Shown here piece after piece: positions 54,202 through 64,000 of a stretch of 64,000 bases of DNA (position 1 is its first letter; every line of letters starts with the position of its first letter). The notes beneath the pieces are model-generated. The model had not been told where the DNA came from and did not search any database. It was given only the letters and a program-made list of their open reading frames with translations. The position numbers and the translations under genes are program-made. Source of the DNA: Octopus vulgaris (Eukaryota); contig OX597818.1 of the NCBI GenBank assembly GCA_951406725.2, positions 42,470,001 to 42,534,000 of the forward strand. The letters are read 5' to 3'.

Positions 54202-55635
54202 GGGTAAGTGGCTTCCACTTTATGGTTGTTCAGTTGCATTGTTGGACTTGTTTGGTGCACACATGGCTGTCCTGGTGGAGCGACATTTTACCTCTTGTAT
54301 AGTGGAGGGGCATCGCAAGAGAAGTTGGGAGAGGTTGAGGTGTTCTTCTCTAGAATGTGATTCATATGAGGAGGAAATGGTTGAATACTTGAACAGGATG
54401 GGTGAGGAAGTGGAGAGGAGAAATTGTGGTGTGGTGGCTGGAGAAGGGGTTGAAGAGATGAATCTGGAAGGGTTGAGTGATTTCAGGGAGGATCTTGAAG
54501 GGGAGGGGAGAGATGTGAGGGGGTTCCCCCACTACGGGGTATTGAAGGACAGGGAAGAAAGGACTATTGTATACAGAACTTACGCCACAGCAGCAGGGAG
54601 AATTGAGGCAGTGTTGGAGGCACAGGTGGGGGGGGGCACAGGTAGGGGGGTGCACTGAGGTTGGTCTGGCAAGAGATGGTGTGCCTTGCCAGGGGTCAAA
54701 AGTGTTGAGTGATGGAGGTGCAGTTTGGGGAGATGGCAACTGCCAGACTATGCTCGGCTGCACCGCTGAGGACAGATGAGATGGTGTCTCTACCCGTATG
54801 CCTTTGGAGGTATGCTATCGGGGTTCAGGTGGAGGTGAACGTGGCCTGGCTAGTGGCTGCCATACTGCTGGGCATGAAAGAGAGGGTGGTTGTCCTGCAG
54901 TCCGCTGGAGTACCCCACAGACATTGAAGGGGACAAACCCTTGAAGTATCAGTGCAGGTCATGGAGGAGGACTTGGAAAAGATGGTTGAAGGTATCACAG
55001 TGGGAGAGTTGACTTTAAAGGTCAGAGTGGAAGGGAGGATTCCTCGATGTTATAAATGTGGCCTGAAAGGCCACATTACAGTGAAATGTCCACCATCACT
55101 AGAAAAGAACAAAGAGAGACAGGAGGAAAAAAGTGGTTGGTGTTACACTGTCTGTGGAGGAAGAAATAAATGAGGTGGAACTACAGAAGAAGACTGGCAC
55201 CAGTGTTGAGAAGGAGGAAGTCTTAAATACCAGTTGGGAAATGGTGGAGAATAAGAGGAGGAAAAACACACAAGGTAAAAGATGACCCCCAACCCATGCC
55301 CACTGTACCCCAACCACTCCCTACAGACACCAACCTTCCGCATGCCCAGTCTGACAAAAAAACTATGGTAAACACACAGGGGTTTCAAAGCTACCCACCC
55401 CTGCCCTGTAATAAAAAAAATTCGTTTTAATGTACAATGGACAGATTGAGGAACTGGATAAAGAAATAAATTCGTGGTACGGAATAGTCAAGGTGGATAT
55501 AGTCGGTGTTGTTACAGGTTCAATGAAGTCACTCAGAGGTGGAGGCCAAGTGACTTCATTTCATCTTTCACTGTATAATTTCATTCATTTTGTTTTTTTT
55601 GTCCCCACCATGTGCTGTCCCCTCTGTGTAAAAAA
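54202..55635 (+). mobile_element. ORF1-only non-autonomous retroposon with CCHC knuckle and 17-bp TSD
   Basis: RCYKCGLKGHITVKCP; A tail; TSD agatgagaaatcgcagg at 54185-54201 and 55636-55652; no RT motifs seen. Confidence 0.75.
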
Positions 55636-56973
55636 AGATGAGAAATCGCAGGAAGTCGAAAGGTATCGTTCGTCGAATCACAAGAAATTGTTGAGAAGTT
55701 GTTATAGTTCATTGAGAGTTGTATTAGATTGGTTACAGTTGTTGACAGAGTATTTTGGAATACTTCAAGTGGAAACAGTTAGTGTCTACCCCATGGTACT
55801 ATATATGACACTGTGTTAGTGTACAATACTAAGGTGCGATATACTGAAACCACGTTATAAAAGTATGTTATTGGCAAACAAAAATTGCTTAAAACTTGAG
55901 AGGCAAGTTTCATATCACTGGCATTAAGCCGATTAAAACCAAAATCTGGACGTAATAGGAAATTTTAGTAAGTGATTTGCATTTTACACAAAATCTAGAT
56001 GTGATAGAAAAAAATATCTAATAATACATTTGGTATCAGTTTATTGAAATTAGCTAAGAACACCTATTTGGCCTTCTGTAACAAAATCTTTGATGCCTAA
56101 TGTTATTTATTATACTCATTTTCTAGCAGCAACATGAAATTTACAATCCATGTTGATCATGTAGATGTCATTCAATGTACTGTAAGCAAAGACATTTATT
56201 GACAAATAGTTGCGTTGATTAGAAAAGAAGTTGGATCTTTTCAATCGAAAAGATTCAAGAAGTTTTCTTTGACGTTGCTTGCTTCAAGTGATATCTATAT
56301 ACTCATAGAAAGCAAAGTTAGTTTGTACGTTGGCGGCTATTTTCACTAAATAAAATTTGTAATAGGTTGGGTTTTTCGCGTGTTTTCAACTAATCTAACC
56401 TCCGTCTTGCTCACTATGGACTCCCCCACCCCTAAAATAGGTTTGTGGGTGGGCCGGGTGATTGCTTGTTGTTTAATAATTAAAACTATTTCTTATCTGA
56501 AAATAATAGAAAAATTTTATCAACTCTGTAGTGGAATCAAAACTGTTTATGTGACACGAAAATAAGTATCTCGTAAATACAAGTAAAAAACTACCGTGAT
56601 AATAGTAAAAATACAATTTCTTTTCGAAGTTGAAATACTGTAAACTGATATGGAAGAATGTAATGCTGGTGCTGTGGTAATACAAGTTTAAAAGTTAGAT
56701 AAGACTTGAGAATTCTTTGAAGTCATAACGTTTTCCTGTCCATCTTAAATACTTATAATGACTTAAGCATGTATTTGCTTAATGTACACATTTACACAGA
56801 AAATATATGTACTTATATTTACACAGTCAGGTTCATTTGAAGGTACAAGCAACACAAATATGTGTCTGGAGCACCAAATCCCAGAGGACATTTTGCCATA
56901 AGGTTTACATCTTTAAAACTTAGAGACAGAAATATGAACTATGTGACAATCTAAGTGATAAGTACAGGATAAA

Positions 56974-57490
56974 TACCGTAAATCCCTGAGTATAATCCGA
57001 ATTTGTTTCCTCAAATTTAAAGGTCAAAATCCCTAATGCGTACTATATATGAGGTTAAAAATGAAAAATATTTTCTAAGCAATGTCTGAGTCTCTCTTTG
57101 CTGTCCGGCAATGTTTATTCAGACGCATTTTGTGATGTCGCAGGCGAAAAAACCTTAAGCTAAGCCTGAAAGCAATGAAGTCATAAAAGAATCATCCATA
57201 ACTTGCAATAAGCAATATTTATTAAATGGTATTACTGTTATTTCTTTATTTTCTGCAAACAAAATGCACAAAAAAGCTACACGTTTGCATTATGTTATAT
57301 ACACAATAATAATAAAGGACATTACCGTATACATTTTTACAAACCAAGGACGTTATATAGACCTCCTTGACTCAAGATAGAGAAGAGGTGCGTATTATAC
57401 ACAAGGTTTGGGTTTTTCAGAGGTACAGCCCCACTAAAAATCCCCTGCGTATTATACTCAAGGGTGGACTATACTCGAGGATTTACATTA
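56974..57490. mobile_element. pogo/Tigger-like MITE
   Basis: TIR-like taccgtaaatccctgagtataatcc and ggactatactcgaggatttac. Confidence 0.7.
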
Positions 57491-60429
57491 TTCATCAGTA
57501 ATGGTGGAAAGATTGACAAATTTTCAAGAGAACCACCTCTCTGCTAATCTATCTAAGGTGCAACTAGGCACCTTCCATCTGAAAAACCGTGAAGCAAATC
57601 CTCAACTTGAAAAAAATTTTAAAAACTTGATCTAGAGTACTTTTGAACACTGTCAACTCGGTGTCACTTTGAGTATTATCACAACTTAAAAATTGACATC
57701 TTGAAGATAATGCAAAAGTGCCTGCAGCAATAACATCAGCAAGCTCATAAATACAAGATGGGGTTTGCAAGTTCCTTACGTTGAGCTTCACTTGCTCCCT
57801 GCAGCTCAGCAGCTGGGTTGGAAGTTCTTTAGGTGAATGATCTCCCCATACTTAGATGCTAAATCCAGCCGTTATTACTTCCTATCGACTGGTCCATAGC
57901 GTATTGCCACTAGTCACACGGACTGTCCCTATATTTTGATAAGCATAAATTGGCATTGGAAGTTCAGCAGTTATTATACAGGGAGATCAGTAGTAGTAAA
58001 TAGATGAATAACATCCTATATTCAAAAAACACCAGTTTAGGGTTGCCTGGAATCAAGAAAAAGATACCGTAAATGGCAGTACTTATCAAATTCATTCTTA
58101 CCTCATTTACGGTGTCATTACCCATTGAAGATAGCAATGCAGATGAGGTATGAATGAATGAATTTATGAGAAGAAACAACAGCCTAGCATCCTCAACAAC
58201 AATGGAAATGTTGGAAAGTGAACAGCTATCATCTGATACAGATGGAAGCTGGATAAAGTGAAAGTGTCTTAATCGACTGAGGACCAAAGTTAGAGTCAAG
58301 ATGATATTCAGTAGACGGAGATACAACTCATCTAACAATATCTTGTGTAAATGTGACATAGTCACAAACTCTGGAACACATGTTGATCTGCTCTCTAATG
58401 CAAGAATCACACGCTTCTGCTGACTGTAATGTTCAGTAAAGGTTTAAAAGATTTGTTCAGTTTTGTCTGGACAAAATTTCGCTGAATAGGAAGTGGAAGC
58501 GATAAGAAATCAGGGAAATGTATAGCAATAGACACAATAGAGGTGAGAGGCAGTGATTGGCTACGAAGTATTTATTTAGGAAACAGATATATCATTCCAT
58601 TAACAATCCCATGTACACAATCATATGCACAAGTATTTTTATTTCTAATGATACAGTATTCTTCTTTAACGATAATATTTATCGTATAAATTCTTGTAGT
58701 CGATGGTTGAAGACTGTTATTCTTCAGTTGGAAAGTCAGAAGTTATAACAACGAAGTCATCTGTTATAACTATGTATGCGTAAGACCCAATTTTAGCAGC
58801 ATTTAGTAAAGAAGGCACATAGTTTTTGAGTTGGAACTTTATCAAATATAAAAATCAATGTATTGACACATTGTATAAGTGATTTAAGAACAATATTAAG
58901 ATGGCCATTTATTGGTATGATTATTATGTCGTTGCAATATAGAAAATGACTTTTTATAGTTGTTTGTATGCACACGTTATTTGTAGAGCTCTAGTCCATT
59001 CTGTATTATAGTAAGTAGTTAGTTTCATCACTGTGGCAACAAACAAGAGAGAGAGAGAGAGCAAGAAGATGAAGGCAGATAAAAACGGTAAAGGTTGTAT
59101 AGTCCCTCAAGTAAAGCTGCTGCCTCTCCATCGACATAAAGAAGCAGGGAAAAAATAGATGTATGGTCTTAGTGAACGCCAAATTACCAAAGAATTAGCA
59201 AATTAGTATTTATATTCTTTGTAACTAAAATAGGTCAAGTTAAAACAAAGGGTTTTCCCATTCTTCCTTTCTAATCAGTTTAGACCAATGAATAACTCGA
59301 AAAAGTCTAAGAAGTCAACATTCTCATTAATCTTTTAAGCTAGAACAATTGGCCGAGGACTTATTTGACAATATAGAAAAATATGGATTCAATTTCGAAT
59401 CCTTGCTTCGAAAGTCAGTAGTTGTTCGTTATACTTTTGTGCTTAATCGATAATTAGTAATGGAAGCAAAGTAACAGAAAAATAAATACCTTTATACCTG
59501 TGCTCAAATCTCACTGAGGCCGATTTCTCTAGTCATACTTCCCGGGTGTATAAAGTAAGTACCAGTCAAGTATAAACAACTATACTGTAACCTAAGTTTG
59601 AGGCCATGAGCTTAAGTTAAAAACCAATATTAGAAGACTACTAAAATGATGGCTAGCAGAATCAGTGGAGACTTATTGTATTTAGATTGTTGACTTTAAT
59701 TTTTATTCTTCTGGTATTAATACCACATGAACGGGCAATTTTCTGGGATTGTTTTAATTGGCCGTCTTCACTAAAATGTGCGATCTTGCACCAATGTTAA
59801 TTTCTTTGTAAAAGTAAGTCATGAAGTTAGGTTGAAAATAATGCCACCGATATAAGACAAAATCTCAAAAGAAATGATTCAAACATGTTGAAAGCAATGA
59901 ATATTGTTTAAATTTTATGAAGCTAGAAAACACTTTAATGCAACGTGTGTGTGTGTGCTTAAATGAGAGTGCACGCACATGTAGTGTTGTGTAGTTCATT
60001 AGAATGCCAAAATGATTAGAATTTATGTATTATTGTTTCTCGTAAAAGCCTCTTGGAATTTCTCTACAAGCTTTTATTATTCTGTATTATTAAACTACAA
60101 TTTTTTTATCATAAACTCCTTAGCACACTGTATTGATGCCTGTGTAATTTTCATTAAAGACCCGCTTCCCAGCATTAATATTTTTACTTTAAATTGATTC
60201 TATAATCAGATTTCTACAGATTACATGCTCATGGTTTGCACAACTGTGTGATGTGGAAGAATTGTTAACTTTCCTTGTGAATGCTGCAGCCAAGGTTATT
60301 CTGTGTCTCAGATCGAAGAAGACTGAGTTGATTATTCGAAGAGAAATTGAACTATGAGTCATCATTGAAACAAACTGGCTTTCTTCTTCAATGATGGTTA
60401 ACTACTCAATTTCCGCATTGTGAAATATG

Positions 60430-61080
60430 TCCCTTCTCAATGTGGAGTCGCCGAACCCAGCAGGCGTCACTGCTGACTGTCTGTTCAAAGGTTTACTTAT
60501 ACATATTCAGTGGAACACCCCGAAACTAGTCTGTGGAGGTTGAACCAGCAGGGGAAGCTGGACACAGGTTTGTATGTCACATAGCTAGCTAGAGGTGATG
60601 GCCTCTTGGAGCTGATCAACGGCAGCATTCGTCCTATTTTCCTGGACTGCCATGTTAGCTTCGCGATAACTATATTAATATCCTGTACTGCTACCGTAAT
60701 CTCCTTTAGAGAGATTTAGAAATATTAATATTTCTATCTTTTAAAACCAGTGAATGTGTTCCGCTGAATGTATATAAATAATCCTTTGAACAGGCAGTCA
60801 GCAGTAACGCCTGTTGGGTTCAGCTACTCTACATTGAGAAGGGGCAACTACTCTGAAACTAGTCTGTGGTGGTTGAACCAGCAAGGGGAAGCTGCTGACC
60901 TCCCCTGTTCGAAGGTTGTAATGGACACAGGTTTGTGTGTCACATAGCTACCTAGAGGCAATGGTCTTTTGGAGCTAATCAACAGCAGCATTCGTCTTAT
61001 TTTCCTGGACTGCCATGTTGGCTTGGCAATAACTATTAATTTCCAGTACTGCTGCCGTAGTCTCCTTTAGAAAGATTTAG
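60430..61080 (+). mobile_element. Partial tandem pLTR-like repeat with 5' inversion and hammerhead
   Basis: 60430-60517 is inverted at 60756-60844; 60521-60720 is repeated directly at 60855-61080. Confidence 0.8.
60829..60869 (+). ncRNA. Minimal type I hammerhead, U3:A8 core variant
   Basis: CTACA-TTGAGAA-GGGG caacta CTCT-GAA-ACTAGT-C-TGTGG. Confidence 0.7.
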
Positions 61081-61921
61081 ACTTATGATGGCCAATGTTG
61101 TAAGAACTTCTGAAGTTTTAATGAATAAAGTCATGTGAAATAGTTGAACTGAAATGTAAATAATTTAAAAAGGAAAAAAAAAAAATCATCAACTAAGTTT
61201 TCTGGCGAAAAATTGCACAAAACTTTTGTTATATCCCTGCTTGAAATTTGATGGCAGGTGTCCTGAAATAGCACTGCACAGCTCACAGTGCATTGTGTCA
61301 TAATATGGTACCGGGTGTATTGTAGGATAATGGGAGAATGACAAAAAAATTAATGGCGAAGGGCGTGCGACAGCTTTGACAGCACAGTCGTATGTTCGTG
61401 GCAAGAATCTTACAATATCAGAAAAGAGAAAGAGACGGCTGAACCCAGTAGCTTGACTCCTAATAGGCTTTGCTGATATCAAAGGCAATAACATTGCTTT
61501 AGCTAAAAGTTTCAAGGGAATCCCTGTTAGATTAAGCTCTAAGTAAGCCATTCAAGAGGAAGAGATACCAAGTTAATGAAGCAGGGGATTGTTTACAAGT
61601 TGTTTTTTTCCAGTAGAAGGCAATCTTTTCTTTGGAATGGGGTACACTATAATGTGTTAAATTTTTCTGATGCTAAATGCAGCGATATCTGGTTAATCAC
61701 ACCATGTAATTTTCTAAACAAAAGTTATCTTATGATATATTTACTCAACAACTGAATTTATATTCTGTTCCCGTTTGTTGTTGTCAGAGAGCATATGGTT
61801 TCAAGTAGTCAACAACACAGGTTGATTACTAAGTTTTTCTTTTATAGTAGCTTTGTCTGTTTACAAAGAAACAGAGTGCTGAAAAATAAACCATAAATAC
61901 CTATTAATATTTTAACACATA

Positions 61922-62570
61922 AGGCAGCGAGGTGACAGAATTGTTAGCACACCAGGTGGAATGCTTAAGGGCATTTCTTACATTCTGAGTTCGAGGTTGA
62001 CTTTGCCTTCCATCCTTTCTGGGTCGATAAAGTAACATTAGGGGTCGATGTAATTGACTTACCTTCTCCCTCAAAATGGCTAGCTTTGTACCAAAATGTG
62101 AAACCAATAATTTTATCATCAACTGGCAGAATCGTTACCATGCCAATTAAGAATAAGGTGCCGAGCTGCTTAGCAATGTTTCGTCTGCCGTTATGTTCTG
62201 AGTTCAAATTCTGCTGAGGTCGACTTTGCCTTTCATCCTTTCAGGGTTGATAAATTAAGTACCAGTTATGCACTGGGGTTGATGTAATCGACTTAATCCC
62301 TTTGTCTGTCCTTGTTTGTCCCCTTTATGTTTAGTCCCTTGTGGGCAATAAAGAAATAAGAATCATTACCGCGCCGGGTGAAAGGCTTAAGGGCATTTCA
62401 TCCATCTTTAGGTTTTGCGCACTGAGTTCAAATTCTACCGAAGTCGACTTTACCTTTTATCCTTTCTGGGTCGATAAGATAAGTGCTGGTTGAATATTAG
62501 GGTCAATGTAATTGACTCAGCCCATCCCCTTGAAATTGCTAGCTCTGTGCCAAAATTTGAGACCAATAAT
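61922..62570 (+). mobile_element. Three nested or tandem SINE family C units
   Basis: Recurrent gactttgcctttcatcctttc.gggtcgataa core. Confidence 0.8.
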
Positions 62571-62889
62571 TTATCACCCAAGAAAGCTTTATTGTTTACA
62601 CATGTTACTAGGGAAGGAGGTAGGCAGGTTCACATATGTTACCAGGGGAGGCGGTAGGCAGGTTCAGACGAACCCCTCACATCCTACAGTTCCATACAGT
62701 TATAATTATTGCTGTCAATAAATTTTGTGATGCATGACTCTATAAGTAAGAAGCTCACTTTGCAACCTAGTGATTTTGGGTTCAGTTTCACTGTGATCTA
62801 ACTTAAGCAAGTGTGTTTTACTATAAGACCCAGGCCAACCAATGACTTGCAACCAAATTTTGTTGATGGAAACTATATGAAAGCATGGC

Positions 62890-63205
<316 letters not shown>

Positions 63206-63230
63206 TACATACACACACACATACATATGC

Positions 63231-63395
63231 AGGCACAGGAGTGTCTGTGTTGTAAGTAGCTTGCTTACCAACCACATGGTTCCAGGTTCAGTTCCACTGC
63301 ATGGCATCTTGCACAAGTGTCTTCTACTATGGCCTTGGGCCAACCAAAGCTTTGTCAGTGGATTTGGTAGACAGAAACTGAAAGAAGCCTGTCGT
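63231..63395 (+). mobile_element. SINE family A, 5' part
   Basis: Matches 19379-19540. Confidence 0.85.
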
Positions 63396-63702
63396 ACATA
63401 TATATATGCAACCAGTTATTAAAAAGATCATTAGTTGAAAGGACCAATGAAACAAAACCATTTTCAAATATGTAGCTAACAAAGTAATTGTATTTCTGCT
63501 TATAACTTTATCTTGTTCCATTCTAAACAAAACTGTCTGACAAATGGGAATGTAAAACTCTGAGTAACAGTTTTTGTGATATTTTTGCTGCTTTTTAATA
63601 AAGCATATTACTCTACCTCTGGTATTCAAATACTATTTTTTCAACCTTGTTTCACATTTATGTGCTTACACTGGTGTACACACACACACACACACACACA
63701 TA

Positions 63703-64000
63703 TCATCATCATCATCATCATTTAGCGTCCGCTTTCCATGCTAGCATGGGTTGTACGGTTCAACTGGGGTCTGTGAAGCCAGAAGGCTGCATCAGGCCCA
63801 GTCTGATCTGGCAGTGTTTCTACGGCTGGATGCCCTTCCTAACGCCAACCACTCTGTGAGTGTAGTGGGTGCTTTCTACGTGCCACCCGCACAGGTGCCA
63901 GACGGAGCTGGCAAACGGCCACGGACGGATGGTGCTTTTTACATGCCACCAGCACGGGGGCCATGCGAGGCTGGCAACGGCCACGATCGGATGGTGCTTT
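63703..64000 (-). mobile_element. RTE 3' UTR-derived repeat (truncated by window end)
   Basis: (CAT)n, then tttagcgtccgctttccatgctagcatggg. Confidence 0.85.

Larger units (their letters stand above)
50950..56102 (-). mobile_element. Decayed Chapaev3 (CMC) DNA transposon with nested insertions
   Basis: KLGEQEKDWAPHIC (53700-53800), FCHDISDLM..GFRYDPKEWRL..DSSKASLK, ICGDLK..GLQLGYSKHVCFLCLWNSR, LPPLHTKLGL, MSLKIHFLH; probable 5' terminus near 56102. Confidence 0.8.

Noticed and set aside
56120-56345. Possible exon or promoter
   Set aside because: Splice phases do not fit the other candidate exons, and the motifs are too weak.

Overview
Eukaryotic, AT- and microsatellite-rich DNA that is mostly intronic or intergenic. 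The SINE repertoire and (TA)n/(TG)n/(TATG)n density point to an octopus genome; this is inferred, not checked. Nearly all long ORFs in the track are microsatellite artefacts. Recognisable content is decayed transposable elements: Penelope-like elements (PLEs; RT plus GIY-YIG), RTE, CR1 and R4/Dong LINEs, three tRNA-derived SINE families, mariner, Tigger, piggyBac-type and Helitron non-autonomous elements, and a Chapaev3 transposon with a nested solo LTR and an ORF1-only retroposon. A few weakly supported minus-strand exons may belong to a host gene. The main signal is about 15 type I hammerhead ribozyme (HHR) motifs from about 10 unrelated sequence families, mostly in head-to-head fold-back elements inserted in microsatellites. 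These include a 6.5-kb PLE palindrome, two 330-bp non-coding double-HHR hairpins, a palindromic tRNA-head plus HHR SINE, and atypical cores (U3:A8 covariation, CUGUUGA). All coordinates and pairings were read by eye; no database search or folding computation was run.
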